Source: Epiperipatus broadwayi (lineage: Eukaryota > Animalia > Onychophora). Taken from it: a stretch of 64,000 nucleotides of DNA. The notes beneath the pieces are model-generated. The model was not told the DNA's origin. It saw nothing but the letters and a program-made list of their open reading frames with translations, and made no database searches. Position numbers and translations under genes: made by a program. This document shows, in pieces, positions 1-11,387 of this stretch. Position 1 is the first letter of the stretch. Each line of letters starts with the position of its first letter. The stretch is from contig JAQFVV010000006.1 of assembly GCA_028023455.1 (NCBI GenBank), forward strand, positions 17,236,001 to 17,300,000, read 5' to 3'.

Positions 1-55
1 TGATACACATGACCATACACATATAGAAAAGATAAATAATCACCAATATACGTAT
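1..55 (-). repeat. Inverted fragment of hammerhead repeat family 1 (runs off window start)
   Basis: Reverse complement of 1-55 matches 113-166 (ATACGTATATTGGTGATTATTTATCTTTTCTA...GGTCATGTGTATCA). The fragment stops at the ATACGTAT palindrome. Confidence 0.9.
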
Positions 56-73
56 TATATGTGTGGGAGATGA

Positions 74-130
74 TAATCTGGATCAACTGATAAGTGCTTG
101 TTTAGCACGAACTACGTATATTGATGATTA
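74..130 (+). ncRNA. Type I hammerhead ribozyme motif, degenerate core (copy A)
   Basis: ATCAA-CTGATAA-GTGCT/TGTTT/AGCAC-GAAC-TACGTATA-TTGAT. Helix I is atcaa/ttgat, a compensatory change relative to accaa/ttggt. G8 and A15.1 are mutated. Confidence 0.75.
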
Positions 131-552
131 CTTATCTTTTCTACATGTGTGTGGTCATGTGTATCAGTTGCGTGAGATAGTGTGGATAGTTGAAGGGTGC
201 TGGAAAGTCTGAGTTCAAATCCCTTACATTTACAATTAAGCTCCAGGTTTGTGAAGAGTGCCTAGTTTTCAAATATTTACACATGAAGCTTGTATCCTGC
301 CCATCCCTCTTCTATGCATTTAAATGGATAAGGTCCTATACATGAGGGGTCAGAGTGACTTCAGGTCAACATGGGCATGGCAATAATATTGGCATCAGCA
401 TGGGATTTGGGCTTTCATCATCAGATTTTCAAGGATATGGTTGGCTGAAAAGTTGGAAGTTGGAGTAGATTGAAGCCTGTCCATTAAAGTGTGAATATTT
501 GCTATCTTAGTATAAACTGAGCACTGATTATATATGTGTGTGTAGGAGATGA

Positions 553-602
553 TAATCTGGACCAACTAATGAGTGCTGGTTTAGCACGAAATATGGTGAT
601 TA
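553..602 (+). ncRNA. Type I hammerhead motif, degenerate (copy B)
   Basis: ACCAA-CTAATGA-GTGCT/GGTTT/AGCAC-GAAA-TATGGT. G5 is mutated and helix III is deleted. Confidence 0.6.
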
Positions 603-1384
603 TTTATCTTTTCTACATGTTTGTGGTCATGTGTATCAGTTGTGTGAGATAGTGTGTATAGTTGAAGGGTGCTTGAAAGTCTGAGTTCAAATCCCTATAT
701 TTACAGTTATGTTCCAGGTTTGTGAAGAGTGCCTGGTTTTCAAATATAATCTACTATGGAACTATCAAGCTCACCCTGTCAGAGTGCTTTAAGGTCATAT
801 GATTTTTTGAAGTAACCATACTGATGTTTTACTTCTAGTTGAACAGTGGTTGATAAAGGCAGAAGACCTAAGTTAGCTAAATAGAAGAAATAATTGAATG
901 CTTTATTGGTTGATACATGGTGGGACACTTGAATATTATAAACTTCAATCTAGGAGACTTTCATTTTGAACCTGCCATTATTGTTGCACTAAAATGCATG
1001 CGGTAGGTAGATAGAGTAAGTAGGTTTGGTAAAATGGCAACACTTAATTATCATCAGTAGTAGATTGCCTTTGCTTCTCATCCTCTGAATATTATTTATT
1101 CAAACACCGCTAAGCTGCAACAACAACAAAAAAGCAAAAGATTTATGGGTCTACAGTCCTTAGGGAATTAATCGTTACACATCAAAGTATGAGTTAATTT
1201 GTAGTACCACTTGTAATTGTGCAACAGTGTATTTAGTTCAGTATGGCTTTGGGCAATGATGATTAAACATTTTTAATTACTCATATATTACTTTGGATAA
1301 TGTAATAATTATAATAAGCCACTCAGAAATGAGTATGTCCATTCCAACTCCCCCCCAAAAAGGGAAGAGGGTAACTATTATAGA

Positions 1385-1847
1385 CATGTTTTGGGATGAC
1401 TGTACAAATTAGTCCATGAAACACAAATACGTCCACATATAGAACATGATGTCCATTTTTCTGTTTACCTGATATTTTACAACTTTGTCTTTGAGTTTCT
1501 TCAGCAGAAGAGTTCTTTTCGAAATACTTTAACAGCGTGTATTCTCAGCCATATCTTCCCAATGGAATGACCTTGCACTTCCTTAGAATGTCTTTGAGAT
1601 AACTCTTATAATGTAAATGGGGTCTTCCTCTCCTATGAAGCCCGTACTCAAGTTCACTGTAAAGTGCCCTTTTATAAAATCCTCCATGACCAGTCCAATG
1701 AAGGTGTCATTTTACAATAGTAGACTCAATAGTATCCCAGCAAGCAAGCTGAAGAAGAACATATGGATTGGTTTTAGGATCATGGCATTGTATTTTTCAA
1801 GTTTTATGGAGGATATTAAAATGGAACTTTTCTAATGTCTTCAAACG
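1385..1847 (-). mobile_element. RTE-clade LINE 3' fragment (family B, C-terminal CxxC...H tail)
   Basis: Reverse complement aligns to 21440-21900 (ATTAGAAAAGTT...TTATCTCAAAGACATT...GGAAGATATGGC). It ends in CSICGRICVSWTNLYSHPKT. Confidence 0.75.
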
Positions 1848-2519
1848 TTTTAAATTTCAGTTCAATTTTTTAGATAATTTGGTTAACATAATTTTTTTTT
1901 TTACTGCCTGACATTTTAATAAATGTGAAGTTTTATAAAATAATTTATTTCATATAAATTTGAAAATAGATTTTTTTTATTTAGTAATCTTTTTAAACAA
2001 TACCATTAGTGAATTACTGAATCTAATTAACAGTGAATGTTTTTATTTAATAATTGTGACAAAAACCTTTCAAAGGTGAATACATTATTTTTTTTAGATA
2101 GAAATTGTTGCAAGATATTAATTAATATCTAAAATCATTTATAATATATTGGGAATTAAGATGTTGCCAAATACTGTGTATAAGAATGAATGTGTTTATT
2201 TTAATAAACAAAATTATTATTTTTAAAAAAAGTATACAGAATTGCATGGAGTTTCTTGCTTGATAATTTAAGACTTGGTTTGTGAGATTTTACATATTAA
2301 TTCTAAATAATATTTTAATTTGCGAAGCGCCAATAGTTGAAAATTGAAAATAAATCGAGATACTGCGTTACAATACTTAACTAACAGCCAATCAGATGTC
2401 AAAGAAAGCTGTCGAAATGTCATCCAAACCTAAACACACAACAAAAATTTTACGAGAAAAGGGCAGCCACCCTTCTCTCTACTTTTCTTTCTATATATCT
2501 AAGCCAGTTGTAAGCATTT

Positions 2520-2657
2520 TAGTATTTCAGGAAGAAAATTTTTCAGTTGGAGAAGTTAAAAGACAGCATTGTAAAAAAATGGACTGGCATGTTCTATATG
2601 TGAATGTATTTGTGGTTCACAGATTGGTTTGTTTTATCATCACAAAACTCATCTCTA
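2520..2657 (+). mobile_element. 3' tip of RTE family B
   Basis: Encodes LACSICECICGSQIGLFYHHKTHL* and matches the end of the 1385-1847 copy. Confidence 0.6.
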
Positions 2658-2944
2658 ATGGAGTATCTTTTGTCTTTTTATCTTTTTCAATGGGTGGCTG
2701 CTACTGATGATAATTGTGTTGTCTGTTATTTAATACATGGATTTTATTGAAGCTGTTTTTATTTGTAGTTTGTAAAATTCATGTTCTTATACCTTTGAGA
2801 GTGCCAAAATGATTTTATATATTAATTTGAAAGTCTATTAATATAAAAAATATATTCATGCTATACATGATGGAAAATGTTAATTTTTATTAATCTTGAG
2901 CAAGACTTGCAAGAACATTATGTTTTCTAATATTGTGAGTGTGC

Positions 2945-3150
2945 TTGTAATATAAACTGAGCACTGATTATATATGTGTGTGGGAGATGATAATCTGAAC
3001 CAACTGATGATTGCGGGTTTAGCATAAAATACGTATATTGGTGATTATGCATCTTTTCTACATGTGTGTGGTCATGTGTATCAGTTGTATGAGATAGTGT
3101 GGATAGTTGGGGGGGTGCTTGAAAGTCTGAGTTCAAATCCCCTATATTTG
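2945..3150 (+). mobile_element. Family 1 copy C with hammerhead motif (2990-3048)
   Basis: ACCAA-CTGATGA-TTGCG/GGTTT/AGCAT-AAAA-TACGTATA-TTGGT. Helices I and III are intact; G12 and helix II are mutated. GAGTTCAAATCCC lies downstream. Confidence 0.85.
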
Positions 3151-5562
3151 TAATATACAACTAAATTAAATTGATTGTCATGTTATATTTGAATTCAATG
3201 TTGATTTGTAAAAAATGAAAAAGAATTGGAAATTCAAAAATTAATATATATATATTTTTAATTTATGTGAAATTAAGTAGAATAAAAATTTTGAAAATAA
3301 AATTATGTCTTATAAAGCATTGTATATTTTTTATAAATTTATTTACTCTTTGTGAGGTGGTCAAAAGACAAATTTGAGAATTAAAAGTTTCTGGATTGAA
3401 GTCAATTTACCCTATTTGTGCTTGTTTGTCACCTAATTTATGGAGGTATTAATCCTTCAATTTTATATTTTTTGCAAGTGTAAACTTTTGGTAATATTAT
3501 GTGAAAAGGGTTTTCTACAATGCTATTATTTATAGTTTATGGTTTACATTGTGACTTTTGGAATGGAGTTGTAATTGTTTCTATTTCATACAAAGTTCTG
3601 TTTGAAGATAGAGTAATACAGAGGATATTATGATAATGCAAATAGTCATTTGATAGTATACAGTTAGAGCTACCTCATATAATGAGTCCAGCTGTTCCTC
3701 TAAATCCATGTTACCTAAATTATCTACTATTGAACTAAGCTTAAAATATAGCCATTAATTAGAGGTTGTAATTAGGCTATCTCATCCTCTCAGGATTTTT
3801 AAAGCACACATGTTTTGTCCTATCAATTACCATTAATGTTTTATCAATCCTTTCCTCAAATTAGATATTTTTAGTTCAATTGTAAATGGATATTATTTGT
3901 TTTTAAAAATGCATTTCTTAAAATCATATCTTTTGAAATAGAATATTTAGGTATTTTTAAATTAAATAAAAGTTTTGAACAATTGCTTGCTTTTATTTAA
4001 ATACTTTTTAAAAAATAAAAATTAAATAACTAAAAGTTTATTTTGTTACTAAATAATATTAACCAATTAGAGAATTAAAGTTAAAAAAAGGTGTGTATCA
4101 TTTTTTAAAAAATATCGAACTGCATTAAGTTAAAAAGTCCAGCTGTTACAACCACAGCTTTCTCTACCTATGAATATTTTGCTGTCAAAGCATTTTTGTT
4201 TTACAATTATGCCTGTCACATTTTTAATAAGAGGCTCCATCTATTGATAATAAATGAAACTAAACTTTAAAAGTATTTCGCAAGGAATATAGGATAAATA
4301 GTCAATTGGTAGCATTGATAGTGACAATTTGCTTTTCTTTGAATGCCATCAAATGTAACTGACATTTCTTAAACATTTACCCATCTATAAGAAAAAAGAA
4401 TACATGACTGAATTTTATGAATTAGAAACTTTTTTTATATAGTCGTCAAATTATTCACTTCTGTAATTAAAAATAGTTAAGTAAAATAAAGAAGTTTATT
4501 TATGCAAACCAAAAATATAAAAATTTAAAATCATGTTCCTGAATCAGGTGTAGAGTTTTTTTTATTAATATGAACATTTTTTGAAAATAATAATTATTCA
4601 AGTCACATTTTTTTCCAATTTTTATTTGTGGACCACTCATCTCATTATATTGCAATTATGCATCCATGCAAAAATTCCAACTCATCATTGCCATAAGGTA
4701 GAAACTGATTTTATTTCCATTGTTAACAGCTTATAGAAGAGTAAATAAAACGGCACCTTAAAGTTATTTTCAAATTTTGTCAGTACGCTTTTTGTCTTAA
4801 ATTTTGTTATATCTCAACTATCTACCAGTATAAAAATTTCAGAGCATTCTGGTGATGTTGGAGCATTGAATGATGAATACAATATATGCATCTATCTGAA
4901 GCCTGTGAATATTTGAAGCAGACAAAGCTGATGGTATTTCTGTTTTATTTTTTCCCGTGGCAAAATATTTTTGATTCATCAAAATGATTAATCCATTAAA
5001 ACATCACATGATGACATTTTTTTGTACTTGCCCAAGCTGTTTAAACAACAATTTTTTCTCCCACAAGAATGCCATTAGATAGGGATTGTAAAACATTCTA
5101 GCATCTATTAGTGAGAAAATTTGCACTAGATGGAACCAGTGATGGGAAAAAATGCTACTGTTTTATCAAAATGATCTTGAAGCGATTATAATTTAGAAAA
5201 TAAAATTAGTCCTAAAAAGGAAGTAGCACTTTGCAAATAAATAAAACATTAATAGAAATTAATAGAAATTGAATTCAAAAAATGAAATATAAAAATCCAA
5301 CTTTTAATAATAGTAATAATAATATTGTTGTTGACAAGAAACATTTTGTTTTTGATGTCAGTAAGTTTTCATTTGACAAATTAAATTCTGTTAAAAAGCT
5401 AATATGTTTTAAAAAATTACTATAATTGTCACACATTTATTAATTAACTAATTTATTAATAATTTTACAAAAAATATATTAAATAAAAGTATATATATAT
5501 ATATTTTGTATATTCTTGGAGTTTAGATGTTATTATAGGAGATTTGAACATAGACTTTCAAG

Positions 5563-5692
5563 CTTCCTTCTGCTATCCACACTATCTCATACTACTGATA
5601 CACATCACCACGCACATATGAAAAAGATCTTTCTCACATGTGGGTGGTCTTTTGTATGGGTTCTATGAGCTAGAGTGTATAGCTGAAGGAAA
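5563..5692. repeat. Two family 1 body fragments in inverted orientation (no core)
   Basis: TATCCACACTATCTCATAC...CATATGAAAAAGATC (minus) is followed by TTTCTCACATGTGGGTGGTC...GAGCTAGAGTGTATAGCTGAAGG (plus). Confidence 0.65.
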
Positions 5693-5708
5693 TTCCATAA
5701 TTGAATCT

Positions 5709-5922
5709 AAAATATATATATATAACATAAGTTTAAATTTATTTTATATATTTTTATGGTGTAAATAATAGCTTATTGCATAAGTGCAGAAATGTCCTTT
5801 CACTTTATTGTCTTTAAAATATATATATATAACATAAGTTTAAATTTATTTTATATATTTTTATGGTGTAAATAATAGCTTATTGCATAAGTGCAGAAAT
5901 GTCCTTTCACTTTATTGTCTTT
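5709..5922. repeat. Tandem duplication, 2 x ~107 bp
   Basis: 5709-5815 is essentially identical to 5816-5922. Confidence 0.95.
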
Positions 5923-7963
5923 TTTGATTCCTAATAGCTATTGACATCTAGATACTTTAATTAAAACTAAAACAAAATTATATAAAGCTAATTTTAAATT
6001 AAAATTGGTTTAATCAATCACATCGCTTGCACCATTAATGAAAGGTTGCATGAAAATGATTTAAAAGTTTGTGATTTTTAGTACTCATTTATTTGTTAGG
6101 CAGGAGATTATTATACCATTTTTAACTTAATTACAAACTTTAAATATTATTGAAGAGTTGAGTACTCTTATTAGGTATTCTACTCTACTAAATGATTATT
6201 AATAATTATTAATATAGTTATCTAAAGATGATATTCCTAAATGTCTGAGAAGTACGACACTAGTAGATTAAATTATAGTGTTTTGATATTGGTAAACAAT
6301 GATGAAGAGTTGTGACTTGGGTCAAATGAACATTGTTGGCACAGCCAGAAATGTATCTTTCAAAGTCATTTTTTCCCATTTTTATTCCTATGTTTAATGG
6401 AATAGAAGTTTTAAATATATTAACTAAACAATAACAAGTGCAGTTGATGTTTAACGTGTGTTTCTGCAATCCTTAGCAAATCTCATAGATAACTATCAGG
6501 AATAGGTGGAATGGAAAATGAGCTGACACACATTTTAAGCAAATGGCTTCATATACAAGTGTATATCCATTAAATACTGAATTAAAATTAATAGTGAAAA
6601 ACCTATAGTAAAAATTTGATTTTGCCATTACCATAAGATGTTGTCTTGATATAAATATAAATTTAATATACAAAAGAGGTAGTAAATATATATTTAATAT
6701 TGTAAATATTATTATTTTTTACTATTTAATATAATTACATTTTAATTAGCTTAATTTTTAATCTGCTGAGATCAGGGAACTGAGTGCCTGTATATGTCAG
6801 ACTTACTTTTTGCCTATTTTTACACTAGACTGATTGTACCAAATTACATCCAATACCAGCACAATTTTAACATGTATCCAATGAGAAACTGATTGCTTTG
6901 ACCAGATCTGGATTTGTAAGTTGATAGAATTCAATAGCAAACATAATTTAATTCAAAAGACCTGTCAGATTATTGTTTTCCTGAAGATCTGTGATGTTGG
7001 TATTTTAGTTGTACTTATACATTGAACTATTTCCATTATCTAATACATATTGAAATGTTGTGCATATACTACTAAACCTGTGTGCTGTTGCTAATCGTAA
7101 ATTGAAAATTTAAATGAAGTATAATTTTTCAATACATAATTTTAGATGAAGGGAATAGTCCAATATATGGCATATTTTTTTTTAATTAATGAATTTTTCA
7201 TCAGACTTGAAGTTATTTTCACTGGGTTAGTTATCTTTATGTGTTGGTGTGTACATGGATAAACATTGTGGATTTACCATCTTGATATTATCTCCAAGAC
7301 CTTGAACCATCCTACCCATAACAGACAGTTATTGTGATTGTTAGTTAGTTATTCATCTGACAAATTTGAAGGGTAAAAATTCTGTATCATGGAATGAAAT
7401 TGTATTATATCTTCAGACTATTTTTTTTAATTCTCTGTTCAAAAATCCTGCAAGATATCTCAGAGTTGACTGTTCATGATAATGTGATATTAAAGGGTAA
7501 AAGTAAACCATGGGCTTAGCCCCATTAAGAACCCCCCTCCCCTTCCTTTACCAGTGGTAAAAACCACTTCATATTATAATTGTATTGTTATTTTTAGTCA
7601 GCATACGAGTCACTCAACTGGCCAGTCCACATTAATCTGGGATTTTTATTTCTTGGTCAATAATAATTAGTTACTCATTTACTGACCAATATTGGGGTTG
7701 GGTAATTAACTTATTGTCTGTAGCTCAGCAACTTGAAAGAAGAATCCCATGCTGATTGTAATCTGGGGGAGGGGGGGATTACAAAGGTTATCCAACCTGG
7801 AATGTGATTAGACAGATACGCCAGTAATTATTCAACGCGACTCGTAAAGTTTCCCATTGTAAACAATTATTTTGGAATTTCTTTAGATTAGCTTATACTT
7901 GGAATTAAAAAGACTCGACTTCTATAAATGAGCTAATGTCTTTATAATATGAGAAGTTTTTAA

Positions 7964-8048
7964 GGTAGCGGTTAGCATAGCTGCCTTCCAAGCCGCTGGG
8001 CCGGGTTCGATTCCCAGTCAGCGCTTTGACATATAAGTAAAAAAAAAA
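7964..8048 (+). mobile_element. tRNA-Gly(TCC)-derived SINE, 5' truncated
   Basis: GGTTAGCATAGCTGCCTTCCAAGC...GGGTTCGATTCCC followed by the shared tail TTGACATAT and an A-run. The 5' acceptor strand is missing. Confidence 0.8.
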
Positions 8049-8439
8049 CACCTCAGATTTATACGAGGGTAAGATTTTTTAATGTGCAAATATAACTTTT
8101 CAGTAAAATGATTTTGCGCTCATGTATTTATAGATAAAATGAGTCAGTCTTTAAAATGGAAAGCTTTTTCTTTTTTTTAAATATTTAATTACAAATACTT
8201 AAAATTTAATACAAATGCTTAATCATTACTTTAAATGTAGAATTTTTAATTGTAATATAGTTATTTAATTATTAAAAAGAGAAAGCGGTGATATAATGTC
8301 TGCTGATCTTTAGTATAATGAAGAAAGGGTTAACAGTTTTAGGAGAGCTTTTTTTTTTTTGCATTCTCTTTTCTCTTAGAGAAATCTTTTATTTTAATAT
8401 TCATCCACGAAGATCGAATATTCTTGATCATCGGAGCCA

Positions 8440-8640
8440 TTTTTCTTTTATGCCGTATTATCAGTATTATTGTGTTCAGCCCCAGGTTGTTCATTTCAGG
8501 GGATAAAAGCCTAATGTATTTAGATTCTCTCTGGAGGAAATGACATATTAAAAAGTGTTCACAGTTGATAACTGGGGAGCATTCTCTTTACAAACGCTCC
8601 TTAATGTGATTAGCTGCTTCTATTTTGGCAATCAAACCAT
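8440..8640 (+). mobile_element. Possible decayed CR1-like LINE 3' coding remnant
   Basis: YYQYYCVQPQ resembles the CR1 motif LEYCVQFWSP, and LFRFSLEE resembles LGLFSLEK. The match is weak. Confidence 0.25.
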
Positions 8641-9792
8641 TAACTAGTAATACTCGGATTAGAGGAGCTTTTATCTAAGTTTCCTATTCAGTCACTGATT
8701 GCTTTTGTACTGGGGAATTATTGGAAATATGATTTTCCCAGCTGTCTTCCTCTGATATAGGCTCTGTATAGGATAGATCCATTATAGCTCTTTAGGGACG
8801 CTAGATGTTTTTTTTAAAGAGGAGAAAATAGATTGTAAAACAAGTGGCTGAAATAAGTCTTCCATGTCTCCCTTTTTCTTTTAGCTGTCTTTATTCACTC
8901 TTGGGGATCCGAATAGTGCTCTCCCCCCCCCCCCATAAAAATCTAATTACTGTACATAAAATATATATGGAGCTGGAATATGATAATGCACTAAAGATTA
9001 GATAATAATAGATTGTCCGCATTTTAATTTCAGTAATAGAAATAATTGAAAGGTGAAAGAAAATTTAGTTTATTCATAGTTGTGTGTGTATATACGACAA
9101 TAATTACTTAGACACGCATGTAGGCATATATGAACACAAACACGTTTTACATTTATTAGAATAACGCGTAATATTCATAGTAAATGATATATACATACCT
9201 ATACATATGTACAGTCATATGATTAAGTTAAACAATATATAAATATATTAAAAACAAAACAATGGTTATTCCTATTCCAGATTAGTTAATGTGCATTGTT
9301 GATTCGCTGTTATCTTAATGTAAGTTGTTAATTCATTTTCATTAATTACTCTGAAAAATAGTCTGATAATTAAAGAATTAAAATTTTAGTTGTCATGTTT
9401 TATCTTTTCACCCATATGATATAAAAAAGAAATCCATATACTGTTTTTATATCACTGTATCCTTTTTTTTTCATGTACGTCAACATTTTAATGGCTGTCG
9501 AAGGCGATATGTTCTTCACCACAAGTGTCTGTTTGTAATGAAAAATGAATAGGCCTTAAAAGAGTACTCCAAGAACGTAGATTGTATGCTTTTTAAATGT
9601 ATTTATCCTAGCACAGTCTATATTTTCAGTCGCGTTTCCTCTGCTTGCTGATGTGATGGCCTCGGGTTATACATGTTCTGATCGATTTTAATTATGTTGC
9701 CATTTCCTCCAACCAGCACGACCATTTCCCACAATTCTTTGCTCCGTCGGAGACCTTTTTAATATTCATGTTGCTTTGTTCTTGTTTTTCAG

Positions 9793-9825
9793 TGTGATAG
9801 CGAGAGTGAGGACGATCACGATAGG
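9793..9825 (+). CDS. 33-nt cassette (micro)exon of an unidentified host gene; CDSESEDDHDR (phase 0) or VIARVRTITI (phase 2)
   Basis: Acceptor TTGCTTTGTTCTTGTTTTTCAG, donor AGG|GTAAGC, length divisible by 3, and two open frames. The upstream intron (9480-9790) is richer in GC and CpG than its surroundings. Confidence 0.65.
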
Positions 9826-11312
9826 GTAAGCCATATGCAAATTTATTTCTCACTTTTTTTTTTATTTACCTAAGTATTTTTTTTTTTTTTAATATAAAGA
9901 TTAAATCAGTTTTTAAGATTTTTTTTTTTAAAACTAATAACAATGAGAGCCATTTTGATCCGCTTCGGATCCTTATTGATCTCATCCAAGTCCACTTTTA
10001 TAAAATCTTGAATAATAATGGCAGAATATCTGGATGTAGAGCTCAATATTTTTTTTTCTTGGAAAATAAATATATAAAAAAATTGTTTAACTAAAAAAAA
10101 AACAAACTTGAATACAAGTTACACTAATTATAAAGTCAAGAAGCTTATAAGAGCGTGTTTTCTTTTGAATTATGGGATTTTTTCCCCATGTACTTCTAAG
10201 CCATGTTTGCTTCATGGATTGAAATGTTGAGATCTTTAGAAGACAGTTATTAAAATGATCTCATTTTAAAGGTAAGTGAATAGGCACAGCGCACGCAAGT
10301 GTGTGTATACTGTATATCATTTTAATTAATCAATTATATAAAATTCTTGAAGGATAGAAATTATAAACAGTACACCGACACTTGATTGCGCGCGTGTGTG
10401 TATGATTGTTGTATTTGTGCATGTTTTTTTTTTTAAAAAAAAATCGCGTATATTCGTGCGCACATATTTTTTTTTTAAAAGTTGTATATATGTATAAATT
10501 TTGTGGTTGCTTTATTATTATTATTTACGTTATGCAAATCATATTTTGTATATTAATTTTTAAAATTTATCATATGTATGTTTAAACTTTTCTGTCACAA
10601 TTATCTATAGATTTTATATTTGTTTCTTATTATTCAAATTATACAGGGAAAAGGTTTATCAGTTATTTTTTATATTTCATTGGGTGTCTGTTAAATATGT
10701 AGATCTACATACAGCCAAAGCGCATAAAAAATCTGTTAATTAAGTATATATTATAAAATACTATAATATTTTTCTAATATATACTACTATATAACATATT
10801 GATTACTTCAGCATATATTTTGGCCACATAGTTCTTAATTTATATTTTGCTAAGCTTATACATACACTAATAATTTGGACTAGATTTCACTAATGCTTGA
10901 TGAAAATTCTAATAAACCATCAAACATCACATGATCACCATTCTTTATGCCTCTGTGAAAATTCTAATTACCAGACAATCACACAGCCAAACCATTAACT
11001 AGTTAATACAACTTCTGTATAATCCAAATCCACTTATATCACATAATTAATCAATAGATACATGGTGGCGATGCCAACCCCATACTAGATTGGTTTCTTG
11101 AAATTGCTCATGATTAGCAGTGGATTTCAGATGTCCATACAGCAGTCACTTTTCATTTGTGCTATTCAAGCTTTCAAATTGAAAATTTCAATATTTTAAA
11201 CCAGAGCTAACTTATTTGCCTACTTATATGACAGACATACAAGCAGATTGGCTTGGGTTCAAATGTTTAGGATATTAATAATCTTGAGTCATTAGCTTAA
11301 ATGCTGTAATAG

Positions 11313-11387
11313 ATGTAAAGATGGGTTCTGGAAGGATACGTACACTCCAATCCTCCCTACAAACAAAGATCTGTCTGAGGATCGTAG
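11313..11387 (+). CDS. Candidate 75-nt phase 2-2 exon (CKDGFWKDTYTPILPTNKDLSEDR)
   Basis: TAATAG|ATGT...CGTAG|GTATTT with an open frame and local GC elevation. Both splice sites are weak. Confidence 0.25.

Larger units (their letters stand above)
56..800 (+). mobile_element. Tandem ~1.5 units (period ~480 nt) of hammerhead-containing repeat family 1 (retrozyme/SINE-like)
   Basis: 60-276 is repeated at 536-746 (cores at 87 and 566). GTCAGAGTG...GGTCA occurs at 349-368 and 778-797. 414-540 matches 31474-31560 and 32210-32300. Confidence 0.85.

Noticed and set aside
6260-6673. Two adjacent minus-strand ORFs as a transposase remnant
   Set aside because: Resemblance to hAT motifs is too weak.
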